A DNA stretch of 63,741 nt, counting the filler, from Olpidium bornovanus S191 (Eukaryota; Fungi; Olpidiomycota): NCBI GenBank assembly GCA_017911155.1. It is 21 parts of 21 records of this genome, joined end to end, with 100 filler letters (N's around TTAATTAATTAA, not from the genome) between each part and the next. Parts side by side here need not be neighbours in the genome. Positions count along the whole stretch, not along the records: positions 11,383 to 14,343 come from JAEFCI010001778.1; positions 14,444 to 15,888 come from JAEFCI010012539.1; positions 15,989 to 17,872 come from JAEFCI010004324.1; positions 17,973 to 21,514 come from JAEFCI010007281.1; positions 21,615 to 23,042 come from JAEFCI010009203.1; positions 23,143 to 26,072 come from JAEFCI010001496.1; 15 more parts are not named here. One strand, given 5' to 3'. The notes below the pieces were generated by a model that searched no databases, was not told where the DNA came from, and saw only the letters and a program-made list of their open reading frames with translations. A program made the translations under genes and the position numbers. Below are positions 11,384-23,240 of this stretch, in pieces. The number at the start of each line of letters is the position of its first letter. Position 1 is the stretch's first letter.

Positions 11384-14343
11384 ATGCTCCGCAACGGTCC
11401 GCTCTACGGTGTGAGCAACGACGACCAGAGCGAAGACCCGTATCTGGAACAGAAGCGCGTGGACCTGGTGCACTCGGCTGCCACAGTGCTGGAGAAATGC
11501 GGTCTCGTTAAGTACGATCGGCGCACCGGCAAGCTGCAGGGCACCGAGCTCGGCCGCATCGCCAGTCATTACTACATCACTCACCACTCAATGGCCACCT
11601 ACCACCAACACCTTCGTCCGCACATGGGCTTCATCGAGCTGTTCCGCATTTTTTCGCTGTCGGACGAGTTCAAGTACATTCCTGTCAGAGAAGAGGAGAA
11701 GCTGGAACTGGCCAAGCTGCTGGAGCGCGTGCCCATCCCGGTTAAAGAGTCGGTGGAGGAGCCGACGGCGAAAATAAACGTGCTGCTGCAGTCGTACATC
11801 TCTCACCTCAAGCTTGAAGGGTTCGCCCTGGTGTCTGACATGGTATACGTGACACAGTCTGCCGGACGCATTTTGCGCGCCGTGTTTGAGATCTGCTTGA
11901 AACGCGGCTGGGCGCAGCTTGCCCGCCGGGCCTTGGACATGTGCAAGATGGTGGAGAGGCGCATGTGGTCGTCCATGACCCCGCTGCGCCAATTCCGGAC
12001 CCTTCCGGCCGACCTTATCCGCCGCCTCGAGCGGAAGGAGTACCCCTGGGAGCGGCTGTTTGACCTCAACCCGCAGGAGATCGGCGAGCTCGTCGGCGTT
12101 CCCAAAGCCGGCCGCCTGCTGCACAAGCACATCCACATGTTCCCGAAGCTTGACCTCATGGCGCACGTGCAGCCCATCACTCGAAGCATGCTCAGGATTG
12201 ACCTCACGATAACGCCGGATTTCCAGTGGGACGAAAAGGTATGTTGGTGCAGCAGAAACCATCATGACCGAATAAGAATATCTTTCTTTATTTTGTGTTT
12301 TTCACTAAAAAGATAGGCCCAAACATTTCGGTCGTATCCGTTTTCCAGGTCCACGGAACGGCGCAGGCTTTCTGGGTGCTCGTGGAAGACGTGGACGGAG
12401 AGCAAGTTCTTTATCACGACATTTTTATCCTCAAGCAACGTTACGCCGAAGAGGAGCACGCGATCACCTTCACGGTGCCCGTGTTCGATCCCGTTCCGCC
12501 GAATTATTTTGTCAGCATTATTAGCGACCGGTGGATGGCTTCCGAAACGCGGCTGCCGATCTCGTTCAAGCACCTCATTCTTCCGGAAAAGTATCCCCCT
12601 CACACCGAGATCCTCGATTTGCAGCCGCTGCCGGTCTCCGCGCTGCGCGACAAGGAGTTTGAGAGCGTGTACGCTCGCTGGATCGACACGTTCAACCCGA
12701 TCCAGACGCAGGTTTTCCCGTCCCTTTTCAACACGGACCACAACGTGTTTGTCGGCGCGGCCACGGCCTCCGGAAAGACAATTTGCGCCGAGTTTGCGCT
12801 GCTGCGGCTGTGGGCCAAGACCCCGCTTGGAGAGCGTCCGCGCCGGTGCGTGTACATCGCTCCGTTCCAGGAGGTGGCGGACCAGCGACTGAGTGACTGG
12901 CAGAATAAGTTTTCGAAGATCCGCGGAGGAAAGCAGATCGTCTTGCTGACCGGAGAGACGACGGCAGATCTGAAGCTGCTCGAGCAGGCCGACGTGGTAA
13001 TCGCGACGCCTCAGCAGTGGGACGTCATTTCGCGGCGCTGGAAGATGAGGAAGAACGTGCAAACCGTCGGTCTCTTCATTGCCGACGAGCTCCACCTCAT
13101 CGGCGGCGAGATAGGGCCGACGTACGAAATCATTGTGTCGCGGATGCGCTACATCGCGTCGCAAACGGAGAACAAGATACGCATCGTCGCGCTTTCCGCG
13201 TCGCTATCCAACGCGCGGGACGTTGGCGAATGGATCGGCGCACCGCAGCAGCACACGTTCAACTTCCACCCGATGGTACGCCCGGTCCCCCTGGAAGTCC
13301 ATATCCAGGGCTACAACATCCCTCACCAGCCTTCCCTCATGATCGCGATGGCCAAGCCGGCGTACACGGCGATCACGGTCCACTCGCCGGACAAGCCGGT
13401 GATCGTGTTCGTGCCGAGCCGCAAGCAGTGCCGCCTGACGGCGGTGGATCTCCTTACCTACGCCGCAGCGGACGAACAGCCTGATCGGTTCCGGCGGTGT
13501 TCCGCCGACACGATCGCCGAACACACCGCAAAGGCGCAGGACAAGGCGCTCGCCGAGGGTCTGGCGCAGGGTGTCGGGTTCTACCACGAGGCGCTTGCCA
13601 GCTCTGACAAGGCCATCGTCGAGCAGCTCTACAACTCCGGCGCGATTACGGTCGTGGTCGTGAACCGCGACACCTGCTGGGCCATCCCTTTGACGGCCCA
13701 CATGGTCGTCATCATGGGCACGCAGTTTTTCGAAGGAAAGGAACACCGTTACCTGGACTACCCGATACCCGACGTCCTCCAAATGCTCGGACGCGCGTCT
13801 CGCCCGCGCGACGACGAAACGGGCAAGTGCGCGATCATGTGCCAGTCGATCAGGAAGGACTTTTACCGAAAGTTTTTGGACGAGGCGCTTCCCGTGGAGT
13901 CGCACCTCGACCACTTCCTGCACGACCACTTCAACGCCGAGGTCGTCACGAAGACGATCGAGAACAAGCAGGACGCGGTCGATTACCTCACGTGGACGTT
14001 CCTCTACCGGCGCATGGCGCAGAATCCTAACTATTATAATCTGCAGAGCACTTCTCACCGCCACCTGTCGGACCACCTTTCCGAGCTCGTGGAGACCACG
14101 TTGTCCGACCTGCAGCAGAGCAAATGCGTCCTCATCGAGGACGAGATGGACGTTTCTCCGCTGAACCTTGGCATGATCGCCGCGTACTACAACATCCACT
14201 ACGAGACGATCGAAGTTTTCGGCATGTCGCTGACTGCGTCGACGAAACTGCGCGGTCTGCTGGAGATCATTTCTGCCGCGAACGAATTTGACAACGTCCC
14301 TATCCGGCATCACGAGGATGTACTTCTCCGCCGGCTGCAGGAC
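11384..14343 (+). CDS. BRR2: U5 snRNP 200 kDa helicase Brr2, internal fragment (intron 12239-12348)
   Basis: Sec63 domain ([37 protein letters not shown]), then the second helicase cassette: [50 protein letters not shown]. Confidence 0.97.
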
Positions 14344-14569
14344 NNNNNNNNNNNNNNNNNNNNNNNNNNNNNNNNNNNNNNNNNNNNTTAATTAATTAAN
14401 NNNNNNNNNNNNNNNNNNNNNNNNNNNNNNNNNNNNNNNNNNNCATGGCAAATGTTTCTGGCCGACAGGGTTTGGCGGGATCGGGCCAGGCACGCGGCAT
14501 TCACTCCTGAACCCGGCTGCGCTCCGCCCGCGCCCGCTCTTTATTTATTTTCTTGTTCTTTATCCACAG

Positions 14570-14917
14570 CTGTCACAGGCGGCCAATCCCAAATCCGCCG
14601 TCGCAAAACGTGACGCGGGAGAAATTGATGTGGAGAAATTGTCACGGGACGGAAAGGTTCGCTTAGAAGCCTGCCTTTTTTTTCTCTTTTTCCTTTTTTT
14701 TTTGGAACAGGGTCCTTTCTGAGCGAGGGTTGTTTGTATTTCTTTCCTTTGCGATTTTTTATTGTTTGCAATTGACGTACGGGGCGCCCTCTCGCGGTCA
14801 AAGCAGCTCAACAGCCTCACGGTTGCCCAGCTTAAAGAGTACATCGAAGGAAAAGGCGTCAAGCCCCGCGGGAAGAAAGCGGACCTTGTCGAGCAAATCG
14901 AGCAGCTTTTGTCGTGA
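14570..14917 (+). CDS. C-terminal SAP domain, probably the last two exons of Ku70 (intron 14657-14806)
   Basis: Splices to ...EIDVEKLSRDGK|LNSLTVAQLKEYIEGKGVKPRGKKADLVEQIEQLLS*, a terminal SAP motif with the layout of fungal Ku70 ends. Confidence 0.6.
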
Positions 14918-15431
14918 TTTCCACTGAACGATTTGTTAGACCCCTCCGCCCCCCCCCCCCCCCCCAATACTGCGGGTTGTGAATAAATAAGAAAAGTAAC
15001 AGAACCGGCCGTTTCTCGGCCGTTTCCCGGTACACACACAAAAAAGACTTGTCCCCCCCCCCCCTCTTCAGCCTCCGGCGGTATGTACATATAGAAAAGC
15101 CTGAAGAAACTGGAGTTCGCGTGCGCGGGGGTTCCCGGGAAGTGAGGTGGGGTGGGTTTTTTTGTACTTCCTCGAATCGGAGGGAGAGAGAGAGATATCT
15201 CTTCTCTGTGGTTTCTCCGTCTCAAGCCTGTTTCATTATCTCTCTCACTCTCTCTCTTTCTCTCTCTCTCTGTCTCAATTTTTTTTTTCCCTCCTTTTGC
15301 TCATTCTCATTTCTTCTTCTCTCTTATTCTCTTTCTCGTTATCTTTCTCCGTTGCGCCGCCTCGGTCATCCGTGGGGGCAAAAAAAAAAAAAGGAAGCAA
15401 CGGCCCCCCCCCCCCAGCCCCCCCCCCCGCG

Positions 15432-15797
15432 ATGGAACCGCCGTCGTCTGCCCGGGCGCTGTCGTCCTCGCCGGTGCAGACCACCTCCATGGACGACCTG
15501 TTCGACAAGCCCGCAAAGATCAGAGCCAGCCCCTGCCCCGTGCCCGCCACCGCCTCCGACGGCGCGAGGAGCAGCTCCGCCGGCACCGGCAGCAGTATCG
15601 CGAGCGGCGGCAGCCCCGGCGGGGCACCCAAGGCCGGCGGTGGCGGCGGTGCGAAGCCCCACGACGGCCGCCCGTCGCCGCCCGCCGCCGCCGGGAGCGG
15701 GAGCGGGAGCGGGAGTGACAAGGAGGAAGGCGTCGGGCCCGGATTTCGTGTCGGGTTTTGCGAAGACCGGAATAGGAGGTGCCGGAGAACAATGGAG
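15432..15797 (+). CDS. PTC1: PP2C phosphatase Ptc1-like, first exon
   Basis: Low-complexity N-terminus followed by GFRVGFCEDRNRRCRRTME|gtgagt, the conserved start of fungal Ptc1. Confidence 0.75.
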
Positions 15798-17407
15798 GTG
15801 AGTCGGCCGATGCGTCTTTCGCCGCGGACGACCGTCGGCGGGCAAGATTCGTCCCGGTGGGGGAAAGAGGGGGGGGGGGGGGGGGGGGNNNNNNNNNNNN
15901 NNNNNNNNNNNNNNNNNNNNNNNNNNNNNNNNTTAATTAATTAANNNNNNNNNNNNNNNNNNNNNNNNNNNNNNNNNNNNNNNNNNNNCATGGCTTGGAA
16001 CGATTATATTCAGAATCCTCACGCTCAACGGTGGCGACCCGGGAACGGCGCATCCAGAATCCGGTTACTGCTCATCCTGCACACGAAGGTTCCCTCGCCA
16101 TTTGCCCAAGAGGTCGCGCTTGACAAAGATTTGCGTCCCCGGAAAACCAAGCAGCATCCTGCAGAGCACACGGCCGAGGCGAAAATCCGCGATTACATCG
16201 AATAAAAGGAGAGCAAAAAAAAAACCGACAATAAATCCTTGACCAAGAAGAAGTCGAAAGTCCAACCAACAATCAGATAAACCGCCCGCAGCATGTAAGC
16301 ATTGTCCCCGCAAGCAAACGCATTGGCATGAAGACCGCCCAACGGGTAGCGCAGTGCCGCAGACAGCCGCAACCGGGGAGGAGCGTCTGCCGGGCGATCA
16401 GCGCGCCGCACACGTGACCGCGTCCCCCGGCACAACAGACCACGCGCCCTCGCCCGCTTGGCGAAAATCGTACCGCGCCCTTTGGGACTGACGGACCAGA
16501 GCGCCATTTTCACCGCCCCTTCCGATAATCGATGGCGACGTCAAGGGCCTCTCGCCACTTGAGCCAAGTCACCTCGGCCCCGTGCCGGTCGTTCACGCGC
16601 GCAACCGAAAGCGCCCCTTGCCATAGATGGCATGAATTTGAACACACTTGCGCCACCCGTCGTTCGTCGTTTGCGTCGACGGTCTGGCTGTCGTGACCTG
16701 GTGTCAACGCGACCCCAGATCACAACGCCGACAAGCTCGCGCTTTCGCTGATAATTCCGAGCAAGAATGCTGTTAGCGCAAGGAACAAGTTTTCTGTCAA
16801 ACGCGCAAACCGCCGCCTGCGCTCACAGAACGTTCTCCGCGTCCCCAGGCCTCCCGCGAGCTGCACACTCGAGAGGGGGGAGGTAGCACACGGCCGTCAC
16901 GTGGCCCCAACAGTAAACGCAACACAACCCTTTGCTCGAAGCCTTCCCTTTCTTTCCTTGTTTTGCCGCCGACGCCTGATACAGCGAGCTCCGGCGAAAC
17001 CAAGACCGTGCGATTTAAGTTCAATGTTGCTACCAAGAAGCACACCCGCTTTTTCTCACATTCGCAACCATCCTCGACCTACACTGCAAGATGCAGATTG
17101 CGGAGTTCACGTTCCAGAAGGTTGTGTACGGATGAATGAGGCGGGAGTACAAGTCAGACATTTTGTATGACTAAGGTTAATGATTTTTTTTTTGGTCTGT
17201 AACCAGCTATCAAAAGTTTCTGTTTATTGACAACTATTATTTTAGTCCACTGAATTATTTTGCGCTGATAATGATCAATGATCAACTTCCGCTCGCGTCA
17301 ACAGCGCTCCAATGTTTCTGAAAATCATACCCTACCGCTGTCGATTATCACAAAGATGGCTCATCTGATACATTTCGTATAAACATTACGCGGTTTTCAA
17401 AAACGCG

Positions 17408-17528
17408 TATTGATTATTTGTTGGCTAATCTAGCGTTCAGTAGGCCCACGTTTCGAGAGCATTCCAGTATTAATTATTTGTTGGCGAATCTAGCGTTTAG
17501 TAGACCCACGTTTCGAGAACATTCCAGT
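17408..17528. repeat. 60-bp tandem duplication (2 copies, about 5 mismatches)
   Basis: The lines starting at 17401 and 17461 align column for column. Confidence 0.92.
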
Positions 17529-17872
17529 TGTAATCCATCGACACGTCGAACTCGTAGTCGGCGAGCGAGCCCAGCGACAAAGACCACATTAGCCTGGTGT
17601 AATGTTTTTCGTAGTTCTCCAGGTTGGCGCCCTTTCGGCGGATGGTGCGGAGGAACAGCGCGGTCATCATGTCGTGCACGAATTCGAGCCGTTTCGACCA
17701 CTCGGCCACGCTCGTCTTCTTGACACGCAGCGCCCTGGTGAGGTGGAATCTCATGTTGCACGCCAATTGGAAGAGCCACTCGGACGCCAGCTCGGTGACC
17801 TGGCGGTCGCGAGGGGGGAGATCCTCGCAGAGTTTGACGCCGGCCGGCAGCAAACGCCGGGCGGCGTCGCAG
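17497..17872 (-). CDS. Hypothetical protein, C-terminal 124 aa or more, 5' truncated
   Basis: Frame is open from the contig end to ...SMDYNWNVLETWVY*, with high GC3 codon bias. I recognise no family. Confidence 0.5.
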
Positions 17873-18049
17873 NNNNNNNNNNNNNNNNNNNNNNNNNNNN
17901 NNNNNNNNNNNNNNNNTTAATTAATTAANNNNNNNNNNNNNNNNNNNNNNNNNNNNNNNNNNNNNNNNNNNNAAGGCTCTGCAGCTTTTCAGCCTTTGTA
18001 ATCGTCACGACCTGCTCCTTCTCAGCATTGTCCTTTTTCTGATTCTCGC

Positions 18050-20090
18050 CTTCCTGAACCACAGCCAGGATTTCCTCGTCCATCAGCACCATGTGGGCGG
18101 CTTCTGCCTCCTCAATCAGGTTGAAAGGTTCTGGATGGTCATGGGATTGTGGAGAGGAAGCCGATTGATTTCCTTTTGAAGCTCCTGCTCAATCGCTTGC
18201 TCATCTGGGTCTTCCACGGGTGCCACATGCGCCACAGGTGGTTCAGCGTCAACTACAGCTGTTTCTGCAGGCATGTGGTCCGCTGCTTGGTAGTTGTGAG
18301 GAGGGAACAAACCTGTGTAGAAGCAGTTTTTGATCATCCGAGCAGTGATTTCACCCCAAGCTGCCAAGGACCAGTGCATAGCCGTAAGCTAATCCACCTT
18401 GTGCATCTCCACCTCTCCACGTTCGTCTTAATCAAGAGCATTCTGAAGGTAGTGGCAGTGATAATGACGCTTGAAAGCCGAAATGATACCAGCATCCATG
18501 GGCTGAATCTTTGACGTTGTGTTCGGTAACAGGAAGAAAACCTCTCAAGCTCAAGATCGTAACTGATGTGTGATGGCGCATTGTCGAGAAGCAGCAAGAT
18601 CTTCCGGTTTGCTTTCTGGCAATTGACATTGTTGGAAGAGTGAGGTGTTTTCCAACTTTTCTTTCCACTAGCATACCTTCCTCACTTTTATATCCTGCTC
18701 CAATTTCAACAGCCAGTCCTGAAAGAAGACCCCAGTCATCCATGCCTTCTTATTGTTTCAGTAGTAGAATCCTCACTTTTGGCCAGTTTTGCGTTGGAAG
18801 CATCGAGGCTTGACAGCATGGCCAATTATGAACGGCTCAAGCTTCTCTGATCCATCTGCATTGGCTGTAAGAGCCAGAGTCAAGCGTGTCAACAATACAC
18901 ATGATCAGTACAGGTCACATCAAACACGTGCAGATATCTCTCTGTCAGAAGTTACCTTGTTTTTTTTGAGACCTTTGGCCTGACCTTACGTAACTGGTTT
19001 TTCCGGGCACATGCTGTAAAAGAGACCTAGGACCCAAGAGGTAGAGATTGGCTTCAGCAAACATTTTCGCTCGAACAGTATCCCATAGAACTGGTATCGT
19101 CTTACCTGTCTCGACCATGTTGAAAATATCACAGGAATTGTACTTGGCAACCTTTGCACGAAGTCCAGGCAGAGCCTCGTCAATTGCACCATTGTCAGCT
19201 TATCCGCTTTCAGTGTGGATGCAGACCGAGCAAAGCCTGTGGCGCCGCTGGAACTTTTGCAACCATCCAGCAGAGAAGTGGATGACTTCGGTTGGGATTT
19301 TGTAACAAGTGAAGTGCATAATCTGCGCAATGCGTTATCTGGAGATTGTATTTCACGATTCTAGCTTTGGAGTCTGGATCTGGATCTGGGGTTCCGGAGT
19401 GAACAGACTATCTTGGTTCTTGTTCTCTACATCTAAAAGTACGGAGAGCATAGGCACTTTATATAGGTGCAGCCTACTGCCAGCGCCAGGGCGATTATGC
19501 CGTTGTGTGGTGTGTGTTCTAAATAGTGTGGCACGTACCAGTGCGCAATATCTGGTATTGCGGCTCCGGTACTGGCGTCAGACTCTGAAATATTCCGCAA
19601 TATTCCAAAAGCCACAGCGTGGTGGCCATTCGCCGAGATTATGGCTCTGGCGCCACCACGCTGGTGCACGCTATACACACCACTCTCGGTTTTGGTCTGG
19701 GTCTGGAGGTCACATGACACCACAACTAGCCACACTGGTGTGTCTGGTGGTCTCGGATTCTTGGGTAACGTGATTGGCGGGCGACAAGCTGCCCCCCCCC
19801 TCCACCCCCGGGAGGAGAGGTGTTTGACGCAGCCCATAGCTGGCTGCGTGACAAATTCCAAGGCCGTTGGCATAAGTCTTGGCTTTGGCTCGGATAAGAT
19901 CACCCGTAAGGGCCACTCCACGGCTCTGGCACTGCAGGACCCAGAATGCTCAGCTTCCTCCACGACTGGATACTGAACAGTGCACAGGCACTATGCGCTA
20001 AGCTCATCTTTATCCATCGCCTCCAGTCTCTGGCGCTTCTCTAGGATGTTACAGACTGTCACCTGCGTGATGTAGTAAAGTCCATACTGC
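18050..20090 (-). pseudogene. Decayed pogo/Tigger (CENP-B HTH + DDE_1) transposase with spliceosomal introns
   Basis: QYGL..ITQVTVCNILEKRQRL (HTH), FWVLQCQSRGVALTGDLIRAKAKTYANGLGI, SAGWLQKFQRRH, DIFNMVETG|LFY, RLTLALTANADGSEKLEP, LLLDNAPSH and IQPMDAGII..FKRHY, broken by stops and frameshifts. Confidence 0.87.
19302..19853 (-). mobile_element. Solo LTR (552 bp) inserted in the pogo HTH domain
   Basis: Minus-strand termini TGTCACG...TGTTACA, internal TATATAAAAG, and degenerate 5-bp TSD copies GAATT/AAATC. Removing it restores ...NGLGI-PTEVIHFSAGWL. Confidence 0.8.
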
Positions 20091-20114
20091 GGAGTCAGAG
20101 CGGAGCGGGAGCAG

Positions 20115-20500
20115 GGCAGCCGGAGGTGGCGCGACGGGCGGACACCGGATGGCGCTTGGCAGGAGCGAGGCGGTCGGAGGGGGCGCGGCGGGCAGCCGAA
20201 GGCGGCGCGACGGGTGGGCACCGGATGGCGCTTGGCGGGAGTGAGGCAGCCGGCGGCGGCGCGACGGGCGGACACTGGATGGCGCTTGGCTGGAGCGGGG
20301 TGGCCGGAGGTGGTGCGACGGGCGGGCACCGGATGGCGCTTGGCGGGAGCGAGGCGGTCAGAGGCGGCGCGGCGGGCGGCTGAAGGCGGCGTGACGGGCG
20401 GCCGAAGGCGGCGTGACGGGCGGGCACCAGATGGCGCTTGGTGGGAGCGAGAAGGCCGGAGGCGGCGCAACGGGTGGACACCGGAGCGCAGCGGATGGCG
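20115..20500. repeat. GC-rich minisatellite, 54-bp unit with 22-bp sub-unit insertions
   Basis: Core GATGGCGCTTGG occurs near 20148, 20224, 20278, 20332 and 20430, plus a degenerate copy near 20484 (spacings about 76, 54, 54, 98, 54). Confidence 0.85.
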
Positions 20501-20886
20501 GAAAGGGAAAGCGTGTGTTTTCTTGTTGTTGTGTCCGGGTGAGGGCGAAGCGCGAATTCACCTGTAGGCGCACTCCCGGGGGGGAAGGTGTGCTGTGGCA
20601 CGGCCCTCAAACCGCCCGTCGACCGACGCCACGGAAGGCGGGCGAAGGACGAGGGGCGAGAGGCGGGCAAAGGGTGGAGGCGGGGGCGGGATCGAGGGCA
20701 GGACGGCCCCCGAACCCGGGAGCCGACCAATAGAAAAATCCCCCTTGAAACCTGCCAATCAAATAGCTCTTCCCCCTTCCCCCCCGCCAATCGAAGAGCT
20801 TTCCCCCTTCCCCCCAGCACCCCGCGCGGGAACCCCCGCCAACCACTTCCCCCCCGGGTAGACGAGACAGCCCCCGCATGCAACCG

Positions 20887-21170
20887 TGTGAGAGCTCGGA
20901 GCCCCGCGTGGTAACAACGACCGCGCGGGAAGGGACCAGACGCACCGAGTTGACAGACGCAACGTCGAAGAACGAGCTTGCCGCCGACCTGACCTCCGCT
21001 CGACGTCGACGAGCATAAATAGCGCCCCTTCCGCTCCGTAGCTCGACTTCGAAAGCAGCCTAGCCTTACGTTCCCTTTTAACTGCACTTGTCAACCCTGG
21101 TCACCTTACCTGTATCACCGTCACAGACCTGACGAGGAGAGGGATAGACACTTAACCTTGCAGCAGTACG
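20887..21170 (+). mobile_element. Putative 5' LTR of a gypsy-like element
   Basis: TGTGAGAG start candidate and CATAAATAG TATA-like box near 21015, followed directly by a PBS and gag. The left boundary is uncertain. Confidence 0.4.
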
Positions 21171-21184
21171 TGGTAGCAACGCCT
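21171..21184 (+). promoter_or_regulatory. Retrotransposon primer-binding site TGGTAGCAACGCCT
   Basis: TGG-initiated 14-mer just upstream of gag, identical in the diverged copy at 35000-35013 (minus strand). Confidence 0.68.
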
Positions 21185-21192
21185 CTTTGACA

Positions 21193-21514
21193 ATGACCTG
21201 TAACCCAACTTCTCCTGTTGTCCCCGCTGCAGGACCGACCCTCCTGCAGACAGAAGCGGACTACCAGCTGGCGATCCGTCAGCTGGAGCCCCGCCTGGCG
21301 GAGGTGACCGCGCAGCGCGACAACTCGCTGCAGACGGCTTTCGCCGCCACGGCCGCAGTCGAAAAGTCGGCTCGAAAGCCGTCGGAGTCCGACCGTGCGA
21401 TCGCGAAGCTCATTCGCGACAAGCTTCGGCCGTTCACCGGCCGCAACCGAACCCCCCACCACGTGCGCAACTTCCTGTCGCAGTTCGAGCAGTACGCCGA
21501 CTACGCGCGCCTCG
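21193..21514 (+). mobile_element. Ty3/gypsy-like gag, 5' part (intact, CpG-rich copy)
   Basis: LLQTEADYQLAIRQLEPRL...IAKLIRDKLRPFTGRNRTPHHVRNFLSQFEQY is homologous to 34352-34943, whose downstream part has a Retrotrans_gag-like motif. Confidence 0.72.
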
Positions 21515-21729
21515 NNNNNNNNNNNNNNNNNNNNNNNNNNNNNNNNNNNNNNNNNNNNTTAATTAATTAANNNNNNNNNNNNNNNNNNNNNNNNNNNNNN
21601 NNNNNNNNNNNNNNAAAAAACGCAAGCGGCGAACGTCTATTAGCCGAGAACACGCAGGCGAGAAAGAAAGGCTGACGTCATAGGTCTCGGCGTTATGCCA
21701 CGTACCCGCGAGAGGTTCCGTCAGGGTAC

Positions 21730-23042
21730 CTCATGACGCGAACATTTTCGATGTTCCCGCAGGATTTAAACTCTTTCTCGAGCATGTACTCAGTGACCTT
21801 CCACGAGAGTTCACCGACATAAACAGTCATGGTGTTTCCGGCAGCGGGAGCGTCGTGTACCTTTGCCTTTTTAGGCTCCTTGGCGATCTTTTCGTCGGCC
21901 TACGGAATGAATCAGCACTGTCAGCGAAACTTGTGTTCTGGCCTGATGCGATCATGGGGTGAGAAAGCTAGACGGGCCTCAAACCTTCCGCTTCACAGAC
22001 GATTCCTTTTTCAGGGGCTTCTTCGGTTTCTCCTCGTTTTCCTCGTCCTTGATTGATTCGCCGTTACCGGAATCCTGGTTAGAATCGATTTCCTCCTCCG
22101 CCGCGTCGGAAAAATCCTCGGCATCGGACTGGTCTAGAAATTCCGTCGGTGGGGAGGCGGCGGAATCGACTTCTTCCTCCGATGCGTCGGAGGATTTCTC
22201 GTCATCAGATTGGTCTTGGGGTTCTGACGGCGAGGAGGTGGCAGAATCATTTTCCTCCTCCACAGCGTCGGCGGAACCCTCGTCATCGGATTGGGCCTGA
22301 GATTCCAACACCAGGGAAGCGACGGAACCCTTTTCCACGTCCTCAGAGTCACCAGAGGCCTCGTTGCTAGAGCGCGGTTCGCCGCCCGATGATTCGGCGG
22401 CGCTCGCGTCGTGCTCGATTTTGGCGGGAATCCTGGCGTCCTTCTTCGTGCCCTCGTCCTTCTCCACGTCGCTCGAGGACGAACCAGATTCGGATTCGTC
22501 GTCGCTCTCCGGGATCTCCTTGCCCTCAGTTTCGGGCAGGGCATCGAGCATCTCCTCGTCCGTGTCGGATTCTTTCGAGACGGAGTAACCGGCGGCGCTC
22601 GGCCGCGCGTTCTGCGGCTGGCGTCAAAATAAAGGATCGGGGACGGGCCGGGGTTCGGTGAGACATGGGAGCGCGAGCGTGCAGCACAGCGTTCGCGAAG
22701 GGGTGCGCCCGAGCTCCGCAGCAGCGAGGGAGTTGTGAGGGGGGGGGAGAGAGTCCCCCCGGCAAGGAGCCAGTCCGGTGCCATTCCACGACAAGACGCA
22801 GAGCGCCACCCGGGGGTGCCAGGCTGAGGAAGAAGGATGCAACGCACGGACAAAATAAAAAAAAAAGATGGGCGCGCGAACGTGTACACACCTTGGGCGT
22901 CGCCGGCTTCGCCGCCTTCTTCTTCCGGCCGGAGGCGGCGGCGGCGGCGGCCGGCCTGGCGCCCTCCTTGCTGCTTTGGGCGGCGGCGGCCGGCCGGGCG
23001 CCCTCCTTGCTGCTTTGGGCGGCGGGCCCGCGGCCGGCGCGG
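21730..23042 (-). CDS. Nucleolin/Nsr1(Gar2)-like protein, internal fragment
   Basis: K/A-rich exon, then a long acidic Ser-rich exon (SDDESESGSSSSD...), then the start of an RRM (TVYVGELSWKVTEYMLEKEFKSCGNIENVRVM|). Confidence 0.7.
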
Positions 23043-23157
23043 NNNNNNNNNNNNNNNNNNNNNNNNNNNNNNNNNNNNNNNNNNNNTTAATTAATTAANN
23101 NNNNNNNNNNNNNNNNNNNNNNNNNNNNNNNNNNNNNNNNNNCCCCCCCCCCCCCGA

Positions 23158-23197
<40 letters not shown>

Positions 23198-23240
23198 CCG
23201 TGGGGGGCAAGGGGTGGGAAGGGGGTGGGGAAAAGTTCTA

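Noticed and set aside
17497-17872. Endogenous viral gene
   Set aside because: No viral hallmark motif is visible, so it is kept only as an orphan.
20115-20500. CRISPR-like array
   Set aside because: The units are tandem and similar along their whole length, with no unique spacers, no cas genes and a eukaryotic context. The same applies to 17408-17528 and 49314-50030.
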